64,000 bases of DNA, taken from the NCBI RefSeq assembly GCF_001194135.2, contig NC_068981.1, positions 170,387,998 through 170,451,997 of the forward strand. Direction: 5' to 3'. Positions 1-14,500 of this stretch are shown here, in pieces; position 1 is the stretch's first letter; the number at the start of each line of letters is the position of its first letter. The notes beneath the pieces are model-generated. The model had not been told where the DNA came from and did not search any database. It worked only from the letters and a program-made list of their open reading frames with translations. The stretch comes from Octopus bimaculoides. Taxonomy: Eukaryota. Position numbers and translations under genes: made by a program.

Positions 1-1335
1 AATTTGATCGCTTTGAAAGTCAGATACATGTCAGTTTAATGAATTTTAATTACCTTTTTCTGATGATATCTGAAAAGAAACAGCAATTTAGCAAAACATA
101 TTAAACAACACCAATAATAAATCGAAAAACAAAAATAAATAAGCATTTGCCTGTTTTGTAGATATTTCAAAATTATGATGCTATGATGCTAGGTGTTTCC
201 ATTATTTTGTCCAACCCCAATTGGTAGGCAGATAGATAGTAATAGACAGTTACATATTGATGTGTCAAAACCTCGAAAATGAACCGATAATTTTCCGAAC
301 ATTTTAACCTCCCGGATAATGAATCTTCTGTGAAGAAAATTTGAAGGTAGTCACTCGGACAATAAATATATAACTACTCTTTGCGCCTCATCTTGTCTAT
401 GTACATTTAGTTCTACATATACAAACGTGCTACGCAAATAAAATTTGAGAGCTTAATGAATATTTATGTTATGATAACGCATAGTCTCGATGATTGATGT
501 AAATAACCTTTTGTCTGGGCAAAATAAATATTGATTTCAATAATAATATTTGTACTTTTCAATAATTTTGCGTATATCTTTACAAGTATCTTAGATGAAG
601 TTATTTGTATGGCTCACCATTTTGCATCGATTACCCTGTGCCTCTGCAATTTTAATGTATCTTGAAAGACATACTGAGAAATATATGTAATAATCAGCCA
701 GCTTTCACCGGTGGTGTTGTCTTCTAAATAGAATTAAATGTACACATTTACGACTTGTACAACAGTTTCCGTATATACTTACAATAGGATTTGCCCAAGA
801 AACCTCCTACACTATAGATTCATTCGCTGAAAAAGTTCATCGACAACACATTAAATCCGAAACTGAAAATAAATATAGAACTATGGTACAATCCAGATGT
901 CTGTCTCGCTGTTATATTGCATTCTTCTCAGAAACTCATGGAATGGCGAAAAAATTAGTATCCATTTTAATACACTTTTATTACTAAATGCGTTTTTGTG
1001 TTCGTAACCTAACATTTATACTACATTACTAGTATAGCTCTGCAATGATGCATCAGTCACTCTGTTACACCGATGTGAACTGTGATTTAGACACGAACAT
1101 ATCCATACACATATACACAGATATATACACTTATACATTCGAATAGTTACAATTACAATCACAATTATGGACGTATATTCAGGAATATGTTTGCATCGAT
1201 GTACTCGTACCTAAGTTGATATGTTGTTGTTTTGGATTAATGGAAAGAGAAGGGGTGAGTTTTTAGTGGTAAAGAAGCGTTTTTGCCTTCAATATGACAG
1301 TAGCTTAATCTTTCTTTGACTATATTGTGAGTGCC

Positions 1336-1545
1336 AAGGCGGCGAGTCAGCAGAAACGTTAGCGCGCCGAGTGAAATTTTTAGCGGTATTTCGTCTGTCT
1401 ATACGTTCTGAGTTCAAATTCTGCCGAGGTTGACTTTGCCTTTCATCCTTTCGGGGTCGATAAATTAAGTACCAGTTGCGTACCGGAGCCGATCTAATCG
1501 TCTGCTCCCCCCCACCAATTTCGGGCCTTGTGCCTTGAGTAGAAT
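1336..1545 (+). mobile_element. tRNA-derived SINE, family A (MetaSINE-like central domain), near full length with probable TSD
   Basis: Head aaggcggcgag...gttcaaatt (A/B-box-like), centre gactttgcctttcatcctttcggggtcgataaattaagtaccag, tail gggccttgtgcc. Flanked by tatattgtgagtgcca (1321-1336) and tatattgtgagcgcta (1559-1574). Several related copies occur in the window. The Meta-domain resemblance is from memory, not a search. Confidence 0.85.
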
Positions 1546-4500
1546 ATATATATATATATATATTGTGAGCGCTAAGCAGTGCAATATTTTTGTAAGATAG
1601 GATGTGTTTGTTTCTAAGAAAAACAAATGTACAAGAAGATAGAATTGGTTTCCAGAAGGCGTGTGCAACAGTCGAATTAAATGTATTTATTTCTTTTTTG
1701 TAACTTCATGTTAGGAAGTGTTTTACCTGTTTGCTAAATTTTCCGACATGTAAGTCGCTGTTGTAGATGTGTGCCTTCATGTTGAAAGATGCTCCGTTGT
1801 CTGATAGTTTCCTTATGTAAGTGATAAGTTACTTTCGTTATGTAAGTGATAAGTTACTTAAGTAACTATATAACTTATATTATAGCTGTAACGGTGTGTC
1901 CATATTCTATGATCTATAATCGTCTGTGTCCCTGTATTTGTAACTCTCTGCACCTAAATATATAACATAGTACTTCATTGTATCGTTATATATTTAAGTG
2001 AGTATATGTATACATGCACCTTTCTCCATTGCTACTCAAACATTCATGTTTAGTTTGTGTATGTGTGTTCATACATACACGTATATATCGAACGCAGTAC
2101 TCCAATTTACTACAGTCCACTGAGTAAAATGGTTAAAAATATTACTGGGTAAAAAATATATAATATAAAACAAATGAACTAAAATAATGATCTAAAACTA
2201 GTTCAGTTTTGAACAAGTATTATAAAACAAAAGTTTATGCCAGTTCCTAATACCTATTTATTTTTTCCATTTGCTTGCCTGGTACTTAACTCGTTAATAT
2301 CTGTCTTTCATACACAAAACTTTCATGATGAGCATGACTTAATATCATTGAACCTTGTTGATACCCAGGAGTTACTTTTATGACGTATAAATTAGCTTTA
2401 CATGAAGAGAAATCGCGCCCTATTGATTTGCTAGGTGTTTTACATTTTCTCATTACAATACACATTCAATTGAAATATTTTAGCTTTGTTTAGTAAATAC
2501 TGTTTATTAGGTTTTCTATTTATGTTTCGGTTGGTAACCATGGCAGTGGAATTACTTTCATTAAAGTCTTTACCATCGTAGCTCTATTGAAATATTCCAT
2601 GCTGCGCCGTTTACAGTTGCTATTTGATTAATAGGGGAAAGAAGAGAGAGAATTTAAAACCTAATGCAACAATTATTCTTCTGTTGTTTACAAGGTTAGT
2701 GTAGTTATAATCGATGCAGCTACCATATTGCTTAGTTTAAACATTTTAAATTATTTGTCTCTGTGTAAGCCGGTCGTTTCTGAATGAAATATAATAGATG
2801 TTAACAGTGTAGGTGGAGCACTCGAATGGTTTTCGATCTATGCATGTGGGGGTCTACAAATATGTATATATACTACTTTATGCAGACAATGACTTACTAA
2901 TATATAATATATAAATAGATATACTCTTCCATATGTCACTGCAAACAATGAGCTGCATCACCACACAATATGCATGATTAGGTTATTTATTAAGTCTAGG
3001 TTTCGATAATGATTAAACTGCGTTAGAAAGCTGTTTTGAATACTGTAAAATAATCGAAAAATAACACCTATAAACAATTGGCTTCACTGTTGCTATAATT
3101 GGGTAGTGAAAACAGAATTAGCAGTAATGTTCTGTTATATTTCAGTTACCACATTATCAATAAATTTAAAACTATTATTTTAATTAGCTATCATCTGCCA
3201 AGTACGATTACGTACCATGTCGCAGTTTAGAAATGAACTCTTGCATAAAACATCAGTTGTGGCATTTGTCCAACGAGTCACTACACTTATGAATATATTG
3301 AAGCGGTATTAAATAGGCAACATTCAACAATATTGTCGTAAGTAAAGTTACGTTTTGAACGACTAATGTTTCTTTTGATGTCATTTTCATTATATTCATG
3401 TATCTTGGCTAGGACAACGCGCACGTAAGTCTTTGTATCAACTCTGCCTTCTTCTATTATCGCCTAATTAATTAAGAACATATAGTGTAGAACACAATTC
3501 TATTTAATAATGATGTCATTACTATTGCCCCCAAAATATTAGACTTGGAATATGTTTTGTTTTAACAAAAGATATTCCAAGTTCCCCAATCAGTTTAAAA
3601 TTGTACACAATATAGTTCTAAAAACTACATATTCAATCGAATACAAAGTATAAATACTAAATTACCAGATTCAGTAAACCTCATTAATACTAAGATAAGG
3701 AGTTGTATTCTTTAAATTGCATGTGCATTTATGTCATGAATAACGGACTATGTTAGGTTCCAAAAATATCCAATATATCAAAGAATAACTGCAAATATCT
3801 AAATTGTTTATGATAAACGTGTAATCACTAAGTAAGTGTGCAGCATTGAAAGCATCTATATAATCAATCGAAAGTATTCATTCTCTCAATAATCAACAAA
3901 TTTCCTGATTGTAATTAAGTAAATTAGTCCACTATTTTCCAGTTCTCTATATATGAAAGTGACGTTAATATATGAACTTACTTTAGGGTCAAAAGTCTTT
4001 TCAAATTAATATAGCAGAACTCGTCTGGAAGATCGCTTTAATTGGAGAGTTAACATCTCGCTCGATGTATTGAATGTTGAACAAACACACTTTCATATTA
4101 ATGGTTTGAACTATTCACTTTTGGCGAATATTTACGCTCACATAAAATAAGTTTTACTATTGGAGCAGTCAATTAGATATTTTATTTCTCTTGTGAAGGT
4201 AGATCTATTGAGTTCAAAGATCATATAGTTTCCTGTACTGTAAAGACTCTGCGATTAGAAAATCTTTACCAACAGAGCTTGTCGTAAATGACACATCCAA
4301 TATCGACGCATAACCATTAAGTTTACTAAAGGTTCGATTTTATCAGTTTTCTTTGCCGTCGTGGCATTGAGAATAGTCACGATAGGATTTATACCACAAT
4401 GTTGTTTGTCTTAATTGATTATCAGTACAAAAAATAATCACTCACACACGTTGAATTATAATGTATGTGTCTATGTCTATTTCTGTGCCTTACTCAATAA

Positions 4501-6046
4501 ATTATGATTTTATTTGTTTTTCTATCTGAACTGTGAATTTTATCTTCATGATTGAGAAAAAGTTTTATGCACATGATAGAATGCATGAAACCTGAGATGA
4601 CTTGCTAGCGATTGAAGCAATGGGCTGACAGACAACTGAAGTATCCACCTCCCACTCTTCGATACTAGTATAACAATGAATACAGCAAATTAAAGCTTTT
4701 ACTTATCTATCAGAAAATAGGTAGTATGATTGGATCTTACGATGTAGTTCTTAAGATTAACAAATGTTTTTTTTTTTATATATATTAGTGAACTAAGTAC
4801 AAGCTTAGCTCTCAGCTAATAGAAGTCATCCTGAAGAATGGAACTACAATAGTCAGTACTACCTTCAAATTTACTATTATATACTTACTTTTTATTTCTA
4901 ATCATTGTGTGCAATAAACTATGTAATAAACTATGTATAATCTTACAAAATACAAATGCCAAAGGCAATAGAAGTAGCGCACAAGATATGTTGAATTTTA
5001 TAGCTTTATATGTCTCTCAACGTATGATTCAAATAATACATTGAATAAAATAACAAATGTATAAAACATTAAACATTGAATTAATTCAGCACTTCATCAT
5101 TACAATTTATTACATTAATATTTTTAATTTCATCAATGTTAAAATCCTTTGTTTTGATAGAAATATATTAAAATTATTTTAATTAAGCCTGTTTGCTTTT
5201 TGCACTTAGTGTACCCTATGTGAAACGAAAAGATTTTGAGTAATGAAGGTTATTTAAAATGTTCACTAACCCTTTTCTTGTCAAACAAGAGATTCATCAT
5301 TGCATAAGCGTTTAGCTTTCTCCTATGCAACCGCCCCGAAGCCAAATTATTTTCAAATACAAATCTTTGTGTTAGGATGACATTAGACAAATCTTTCTAA
5401 CAATATTTAATCAAAATATTGTTAAGCTGAAATCAAGCAATATTTGTTAATCAATTCACTCTACCGAAAGCGATGTTTTCATACTTGGAACAATTTAATA
5501 TTGTCTCAACAACAAAGAACTGTACTAAAGAAATTAGGCACGCAATTCTCTTTGATTTTTAGCATGATCTGATGTGTATAGAGTTCTGTTTATTAATAGC
5601 ATTTTCAGACAACGACTAGTTTGATAACATTTCTACCTCTCGTTATACTAAACAATAAAATAAAATAAATCAAGTAACAAAACTAGTGAAATACCGGAAT
5701 TTGAATTTAAAGGTTTTGTAATATCTTCCTGAGTGAGGTGCTCATATGAAGGATTATAATGTCGTCATTCGGGCCATCGTTGTTGTAAGTAGACAGTGAA
5801 TGGTACATTTAGATTCATAATTGTTTAAGCTAAATGAATCATGTACAATAACAAGGATAATAACTAACTACTCTTAAGTATTATGAAAAGCAGCAAAATG
5901 GAGTAACAGCTGAGAATTAAGCACTCCTGAAATTGAGATTGCAATAATTCCATTTTAATGTTAAATTTGAACGTGATTCACATTTCTCTCGCTTGATGTA
6001 TAAGTGTTCATATTAGAATAAAAGTGCAAAATGAGGACATGGGCAA

Positions 6047-6079
<33 letters not shown>

Positions 6080-6082
<3 letters not shown>

Positions 6083-7108
6083 TGTGGTTGTCTACGCCTT
6101 ATGCAGAGGCTGACCACCTCTTATACCTACACCTGACATTCATCATGGCATCTGATGCAGAGTTTTAAACCAGAGAAGGTATTGGCAAGACAATCACATA
6201 GATTACATACTCGATGTGGACGACTAAGAGCTGCATTTAAGTTCTGAACTTTGTTGATCTTAAAATGTCTTTTCGCGTCTTCGTTGCAAATGCAGAACTT
6301 ATGGCATACACAGCATTGAAAGGTCTGAACAGATATATAGGCAGAATATTTGATGGAGATTCGTTTTTTCATGGGTCAGCAAATGCGATTTGAGCCCAGC
6401 AGAGGAAAGGTATGGTCTGTCACAAACTGCACACAAAAGTTCATTGTGATTCACCTTCTCGGTCGCAACATTCTTCTTTAAACCTCTCTGGAAACTTCCA
6501 TGTGCTATTCTGGCCTCCTCAGATACTGTCATTCCACCCCACACTTTTGTTCGCCATTCATCTCGATCCGAAGCAAAGGTTTCTATGGCTTTTGGATCCA
6601 TTCCAAATGACATCTTGGTAGTCTTTATGCCCTCCTTAAATCTATTTTCTAGCTTTATACCGAATGCGCTTATCCTCTGCAAAGTAGCTGTTTGGATGTG
6701 AGTTCATTCGCCATTCGTAAAATATGACCAGACCATATCATACGATTTTCAGAAAGATTGATAAAATTGAAGTAATGATGCCTGCAGAAGCAAAGACATC
6801 TGTGTCTGGAGTAAAAAAAAAAAAGAAGCCCAATTTAATGTTTAAAATGCGGCGTCGGCATTTTTGTGGGAATCGCTCTAACAATTTGAAATAACTTTCA
6901 TCGTCCGTGTTTCTGAAGAATACAGCAAGGATGGTAAGACAGACGATTTGTAAAGAGCCAAATTTATTTTGTTATTTATATGTTGTTGGCGCCAAACGCG
7001 TGACTCCGAAACACCAATTGCTTCTGCTGCCCCTTGAATTCGCCGATGTATTTCTGTATCCAGATTTTTATCATTTCTAGCAGAGCTTCCACGGTAAATG
7101 AAAGAGTC
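6080..7108 (-). mobile_element. RTE-clade LINE, 3' fragment (RT C-terminus, C2H2 zinc-finger tail, 3' UTR), frameshifted
   Basis: Minus-strand peptides FIYRGSS..D..LDTEIHRRIQGAAEAIG...RVW...YKSSVLPSLLYSSETRT and RFKEGIKTT..SFGMDPKAIETFASDRDEWRTKVW match RTE RT thumb and C-terminal motifs. They are followed by CAVCDRPYLSSAGLKSHLLTH. The 5' part runs into the N-gap at 7109. Confidence 0.9.
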
Positions 7109-7717
7109 NNNNNNNNNNNNNNNNNNNNNNNNNNNNNNNNNNNNNNNNNNNNNNNNNNNNNNNNNNNNNNNNNNNNNNNNNNNNNNNNNNNNNNNNNNNN
7201 NNNNNNNNNNNNNNNNNNNNNNNNNNNNNNNNNNNNNNNNNNNNNNNNNNNNNNNNNNNNNNNNNNNNNNNNNNNNNNNNNNNNNNNNNNNNNNNNNNNN
7301 NNNNNNNNNNNNNNNNNNNNNNNNNNNNNNNNNNNNNNNNNNNNNNNNNNNNNNNNNNNNNNNNNNNNNNNNNNNNNNNNNNNNNNNNNNNNNNNNNNNN
7401 NNNNNNNNNNNNNNNNNNNNNNNNNNNNNNNNNNNNNNNNNNNNNNNNNNNNNNNNNNNNNNNNNNNNNNNNNNNNNNNNNNNNNNNNNNNNNNNNNNNN
7501 NNNNNNNNNNNNNNNNNNNNNNNNNNNNNNNNNNNNNNNNNNNNNNNNNNNNNNNNNNNNNNNNNNNNNNNNNNNNNNNNNNNNNNNNNNNNNNNNNNNN
7601 NNNNNNNNNNNNNNNNNNNNNNNNNNNNNNNNNNNNNNNNNNNNNNNNNNNNNNNNNNNNNNNNNNNNNNNNNNNNNNNNNNNNNNNNNNNNNNNNNNNN
7701 NNNNNNNNNNNNNNNNN

Positions 7718-7750
<33 letters not shown>

Positions 7751-9114
7751 GATAGAGAGAGAGAGAAGGAGAGACATAACTATATACTTATATATCTACA
7801 ATGAAGTGATTTGATATCGTTATCGGCTAATGTTCATCAAATCAAATCTAAAATTCAGTTTAAATATTCTGAATACTTCGGTCGCGAGACCTGCAAACTT
7901 TCGAGTTAATATAATCTGAATTAATATGAAGTAAAGAGACTAACACATTAACTACGAAATCCAATGAAACCAAAGGAAACTGACAAGAACGAAATTATAT
8001 TTTTAGCCTATAATAAAAAGATTTTTGCATTTCTGCACTGTGACTACGCTGAAATGACAATATTTGTGTTATATATATATATATATATATATAAGTTTAG
8101 TAGTGTTAGAGGTTGGAATAACAGTCTAAGAGATACAAATATCCGTTATACTACCGGCATAATTACTCATGTTAACCCTGGACATACATATGCAAGAATA
8201 TTATGCTTATAGGTTACAGGCAATGACAAGGATAAACATCAATTTATCAGGAATCAAATTTAAAGTAAACAGAAAATGGAGAAATTTTGATCAACAACAA
8301 TTAACTAACATCAATTATTACTTTTTAATACAAATAGACTGTAACCAATCTCAGGCTGTTTCTACTTCCAATGTTATACGGTACTGCTATTGAAAATTCT
8401 GAAAATAATATTCATCTCATTTGGTAATACATCCGATTTGAAGCATGGAACTTCATCAGAGTGAATAAAAATACACAAATAATACAATAGAAAAGAAAAG
8501 AAAAAAAAAACAAGAACCTCGAGAAGAAGATGAAAGGCTTAATATATTTAAATCATACCATTTTGCATATTTGTCGCTTCAGGACGTTGGGTAAATGACT
8601 AAACTTAAAATACTAAAATCTACCATAGCGAAATACGCCAATAGGTTTAGACAAAGAGGGAGTGAGAGCGCCATAACGATTTCAAGTAATCATAATAGTT
8701 CTTTTATATNNNNNNNNNNNNNNNNNNNNNNNNNNNNNNNNNNNNNNNNNNNNNNNNNNNNNNNNNNNNNNNNNNNNNNNNNNNNNNNNNNNNNNNNNNN
8801 NNNNNNNNNNNNNNNNNNNNNNNNNNNNNNNNNNNNNNNNNNNNNNNNNNNNNNNNNNNNNNNNNNNNNNNNNNNNNNNNNNNNNNNNNNNNNNNNNNNN
8901 NNNNNNNNNNNNNNNNNNNNNNNNNNNNNNNNNNNNNNNNNNNNNNNNNNNNNNNNNNNNNNNNNNNNNNNNNNNNNNNNNNNNNNNNNNNNNNNNNNNN
9001 NNNNNNNNNNNNNNNNNNNNNNNNNNNNNNNNNNNNNNNNNNNNNNNNNNNNNNNNNNNNNNNNNNNNNNNNNNNNNNNNNNNNNNNNNNNNNNNNNNNN
9101 NNNNNNNNNNNNNN

Positions 9115-9200
9115 TTCCGTATTCCCGAGCGTCATACTAATATATACGTTTGTTATTTACACCACCTGTCCTCGTCTGTTGTTATTATTTGTATATTCTC

Positions 9201-9233
<33 letters not shown>
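9115..9233 (+). mobile_element. Short non-autonomous repeat, 3' part of the hammerhead-bearing family seen at 37.2 kb
   Basis: attcccgagcgtcatactaatatatac...acaccacctgtcctcgtctgttgttattatttgtatattctccc(at)n. Two mismatches versus 41027-41104, and similar to the reverse complement of 37129-37240. The 5' part is lost in the N-gap. Confidence 0.8.
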
Positions 9234-9237
<4 letters not shown>

Positions 9238-9729
9238 CTTTGATTCGGTTCCATGAAACTTAAAGGCTCGCATTGTTGAAAATGTAACTTTAAATAGTTG
9301 GGCCATTCTTACTCACTCTATATTCAAATACTTAGATTCATACAAATGGCGATACTAGATGATTTCCGTGAACCGTAGAGCACATTTTACACGGTCTCGC
9401 TTTCAATAAATCAACACATTGATATCTTCCATCTCAATGTACTTCTCCATAGCAAAAGCTATGTCTATAGACGGTTAAAGTGAACTTATATCCATACTAC
9501 CCTCTACAAAACATGTGAGGTCGTTGGAGCCGTTGCAAGTACTGAATTTACTGATGAGATCCTCTTTGCTCACACATATATATGGGGACATTTTTATGAG
9601 AGTTTGTAATACCTGTGAGAGGATGTAGTATATAATTGCTGGAGATATTTGCTCCGCAAACTGGTCGGGTTGGTGTTCCCATAACAGGGTTTACGTAGGG
9701 TTTATAGTCTTTGCGTAACCCGTATAATG

Positions 9730-10200
9730 TTGGGTCATGAAAGCTCTGGAGGAGACCAAATTCAATATTTAGATCGTTGAAAAGCCAGAGAAGTCTATCA
9801 GATCACAACTATGTAGGACGTACCTGTTTGAGAATACCATATGCACCAAAAATAACTGTATGGTATGTAGGATTAACCCTGGCATTAGCTGTAGAATCAG
9901 AAATGTAGTCTACAGCATAAGGTTCATAGAAGGTGCTTGTAAAGAAATGAACATGACATACATAGAAGAAACATTTCGCATCATTGCGGAAGACAAAATG
10001 AACATTTGAGACAATATGATGACAGAAAAACTGTTCTCCATACTCTACCAACATGCCAAGGACTAACATGGAGGTAGCCTAATTAATTACAAAACTCTTC
10101 TTGAAATGAAAATTAGATTCTTCGACAGGAATTACATACTGGCATGAATAATTACGACCAATAAAAATATACAAAAACCTTTCATAGCCCAGACTCAGAA
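9730..10200 (+). mobile_element. Penelope-like element remnant (GIY-YIG endonuclease), degraded
   Basis: Manual translation: VEKPEKSIRSQLCRT...CTKNNCMVCRINPGISCRIRNVVYSIRFIEGACKEMNMTYIEETFR, then after a frameshift RQNEHLRQYDDRK and SILYQHAKD. This fits the PLE pattern C..C..C..NVVY.I.C..C...YIGET.R...R..EH. Confidence 0.8.
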
Positions 10201-11464
10201 ACAATTTGTAGAATGTATGTTGGTTCTGTGCCAACCTAGATCATGCATTAAAATCATCTACACCTACAATTATTTCTTTCCTTATACTTCATTTATTGTT
10301 ATTGTAAATACTGAATACATATTCATATATATATTCTTTACTTGGACTGTTCCGCCGCACTTGGATGTTTGACATCCCTTCTGAAGGATTTCCGTCTTTA
10401 CCTCTTTTGTATATATATATATATNNNNNNNNNNNNNNNNNNNNNNNNNNNNNNNNNNNNNNNNNNNNNNNNNNNNNNNNNNNNNNNNNNNNNNNNNNNN
10501 NNNNNNNNNNNNNNNNNNNNNNNNNNNNNNNNNNNNNNNNNNNNNNNNNNNNNNNNNNNNNNNNNNNNNNNNNNNNNNNNNNNNNNNNNNNNNNNNNNNN
10601 NNNNNNNNNNNNNNNNNNNNNNNNNNNNNNNNNNNNNNNNNNNNNNNNNNNNNNNNNNNNNNNNNNNNNNNNNNNNNNNNNNNNNNNNNNNNNNNNNNNN
10701 NNNNNNNNNNNNNNNNNNNNNNNNNNNNNNNNNNNNNNNNNNNNNNNNNNNNNNNNNNNNNNNNNNNNNNNNNNNNNNNNNNNNNNNNNNNNNNNNNNNN
10801 NNNNNNNNNNNNNNNNNNNNNNNNNNNNNNNNNNNNNNNNNNNNNNNNNNNNNNNNNNNNNNNNNNNNNNNNNNNNNNNNNNNNNNNNNNNNNNNNNNNN
10901 NNNNNNNNNNNNNNNNNNNNNNNNNNNNNNNNNNNNNNNNNNNNNNNNNNNNNNNNNNNNNNNNNNNNNNNNNNNNNNNNNNNNNNNNNNNNNNNNNNNN
11001 NNNNNNNNNNNNNNNNNNNNNNNNNNNNNNNNNNNNNNNNNNNNNNNNNNNNNNNNNNNNNNNNNNNNNNNNNNNNNNNNNNNNNNNNNNNNNNNNNNNN
11101 NNNNNNNNNNNNNNNNNNNNNNNNNNNNNNNNNNNNNNNNNNNNNNNNNNNNNNNNNNNNNNNNNNNNNNNNNNNNNNNNNNNNNNNNNNNNNNNNNNNN
11201 NNNNNNNNNNNNNNNNNNNNNNNNNNNNNNNNNNNNNNNNNNNNNNNNNNNNNNNNNNNNNNNNNNNNNNNNNNNNNNNNNNNNNNNNNNNNNNNNNNNN
11301 NNNNNNNNNNNNNNNNNNNNNNNNNNNNNNNNNNNNNNNNNNNNNNNNNNNNNNNNNNNNNNNNNNNNNNNNNNNNNNNNNNNNNNNNNNNNNNNNNNNN
11401 NTATATATATTTGTACATATATATATATATATATATAGATATATATATATACACATATATATAT

Positions 11465-11515
<51 letters not shown>

Positions 11516-14500
11516 TATATATATATATATATATTAGTTTATGTATATATTAATATTATGTCAGTTTAAATAGACTTTGACAATGTAAATATGTTATTAG
11601 TTACCATAGGTAGCAAAAATTACACACAAAAACAGGATATCACACCCGTTTTATAGGTAGAGATACCAAGTTGAAGTGATGCATTTTTAGTAGGTCTGAA
11701 TAATAACAATAAATGGAGCAAAATGCATATAAATAAAAGTTCCATTAATTCCTACACATATATATATGTGTACTCTACTTATTTGTCCATGTAATATTAT
11801 AACTCGTAAGTTACCTCATCATTTGGCATTTGTCTTGCTTCTATATTTAGGTTCCCTGACGATGAATATATGTGGAATGCCAGCAGCGCTTACTTCTTTG
11901 GAGTAGAGTACACATATATTTTGAAACATGTGTAGGAATTAAAGGAACTTTTATTTATATGCGTTTTGCACCATGTATTGTTATTATTCACACACATACA
12001 CACACACACACACACACANNNNNNNNNNNNNNNNNNNNNNNNNNNNNNNNNNNNNNNNNNNNNNNNNNNNNNNNNNNNNNNNNNNNNNNNNNNNNNNNNN
12101 NNNNNNNNNNNNNNNNNNNNNNNNNNNNNNNNNNNNNNNNNNNNNNNNNNNNNNNNNNNNNNNNNNNNNNNNNNNNNNNNNNNNNNNNNNNNNNNNNNNN
12201 NNNNNNNNNNNNNNNNNNNNNNNNNNNNNNNNNNNNNNNNNNNNNNNNNNNNNNNNNNNNNNNNNNNNNNNNNNNNNNNNNNNNNNNNNNNNNNNNNNNN
12301 NNNNNNNNNNNNNNNNNNNNNNNNNNNNNNNNNNNNNNNNNNNNNNNNNNNNNNNNNNNNNNNNNNNNNNNNNNNNNNNNNNNNNNNNNNNNNNNNNNNN
12401 NNNNNNNNNNNNNNNNNNNNNNNNNNNNNNNNNNNNNNNNNNNNNNNNNNNNNNNNNNNNNNNNNNNNNNNNNNNNNNNNNNNNNNNNNNNNNNNNNNNN
12501 NNNNNNNNNNNNNNNNNNNNNNNNNNNNNNNNNNNNNNNNNNNNNNNNNNNNNNNNNNNNNNNNNNNNNNNNNNNNNNNNNNNNNNNNNNNNNNNNNNNN
12601 NNNNNNNNNNNNNNNNNNNNNNNNNNNNNNNNNNNNNNNNNNNNNNNNNNNNNNNNNNNNNNNNNNNNNNNNNNNNNNNNNNNNNNNNNNNNNNNNNNNN
12701 NNNNNNNNNNNNNNNNNNNNNNNNNNNNNNNTATATATATTTATATATACATATATATATATATATAAGTATGTATGATGCATGTGTTGAAATTCATTGT
12801 ATGATGTGCTACCCGCTGAATTGCTTTATTCATAACGTCAAACTTCACAGCTTCAAAGTAATGAATGACTTTTCTGAACACCAACTTTATTACGTACTTA
12901 TTTACACTTTCCAATCTTCTCTTATAGAAAACCTAAATGAATATTGTAGAAAGAAACATTATGTACAAAGCGTCAGATGTATAGGAAAATAGAAATTAGA
13001 TTTTCTAGTTTTGATTATACCCCAGAGCATTATCGGAGATATTATAATGAATTAACTTCAGCAGTATATATATTGCTAGAATAATGTCTCAAGATTTCAA
13101 CACCCACTATCTATAGTTTAAATATTGATGTCATTGACACAAAGCCAACTATCTGTGACCTATTCAATGAGGTCAGTGTGACGTTCGCACCATCCTAAAA
13201 TGCTTTACTGGCTGAATGTTCCTTTATTGAATGTGTAACTGATAATACAACCAGATTTGAATCGTTGTAACCACATTGACACATAACTACAAACCGATAA
13301 ACCGACCAAAAACACCTTGAAACACTCAATGAATCTGCTAGACATAGCAGCTAAATTTTGCAGAATCACAATATGCTGTTTTAGGAAGGGAAATAAATAT
13401 CACATAGTTGTAGATATTCCAAAAAGAATTGGATGCACAAGGCAGGAATGCCTTTGAACATACGTTTGCTAGATCAATCAGAGTTAACCTGGGGCTATAC
13501 AGCAACAACATCAACTGGTAACATCAACTACATGCAGAGAATAGAAAGCATAGTTGCACACATTTAAACACATTTACCTTTTGACTAAGCATACGTACAA
13601 TATTCCTAATGGAGCTATAAAATCGATTAAATATATCTAGTATATTACGCATAACTATGTTATCGATCCCATTGGGATGAAAGGCATATTCAACCCCAGA
13701 AGCATTAGAGAACGCCCTTTCTCCTTATGTATTGTTGCATTACACTGACATTCAAAAGGAAAGGCAAAAAATCCATTTACTCACTGAAACCCTTATATTT
13801 GAAATAGCATCGATGAATGGAAATTTGACTGTGGTCGGTTTTAAATGCTACCTCCTCACGGTTCATAACACAGAATCTGGCAATTTTACCGAGTCTCTAA
13901 TGATAAATATGACACATTATTTAAAAAGAGTATTTTCCTCAGGAAGAACGTGTGTATGGAAGAGATCACTCAATGTTTGCACAGGTGATCTGAGATGTTT
14001 CCCGTCTTTTACAGCAGTAATGTTTTAGGTGGTTTGGATATATCCTACTAAATTATCATAACATTTCCTAACAAATTCTAGAAATAGAATATTTATAATA
14101 CAGTTTTTTGTAGCATGAGGTCGGTAACACATTTTATATATGTTAGGTAAGCGTTCCCAGTTTAACGAGTGTTAGCAGATATGTTCTCAAGACTTTTGTT
14201 ATACGTTTTGGAAACAATACAAGATTTCAAAGGATTTTTCAAAAATACAGAAAACGAGAAAGTTGTTTGAAGAAGCAGATTAAGCAGACACTGCAATAAA
14301 TGGTAATGTCATACTAACAACAATAAAATGTACTGCAAATGTTTTCTTACAACGCTGATGTAAACGAGATGGTTTCCAGAAAAGTGTGTTCTGGTCTCTG
14401 CCTTTTCTCTAATTCACTAGCATAGGGAAAGGAGGAGAAAAATTATGTATGTCATACCAATACGTTAGAGGTTTTCTGTTGCCGATAAAATCAACATTGG

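Noticed and set aside
8405-8465. Minus-strand CTGATGAAG as a possible hammerhead
   Set aside because: No stem II pairing and no GAAAC at a suitable distance.
13732-14028. 98-aa ORF, and similar short ORFs at 24460..24777 and 41391..41711
   Set aside because: Non-ATG or weak starts, no recognisable domain and no consistent splice pairing; expected by chance.
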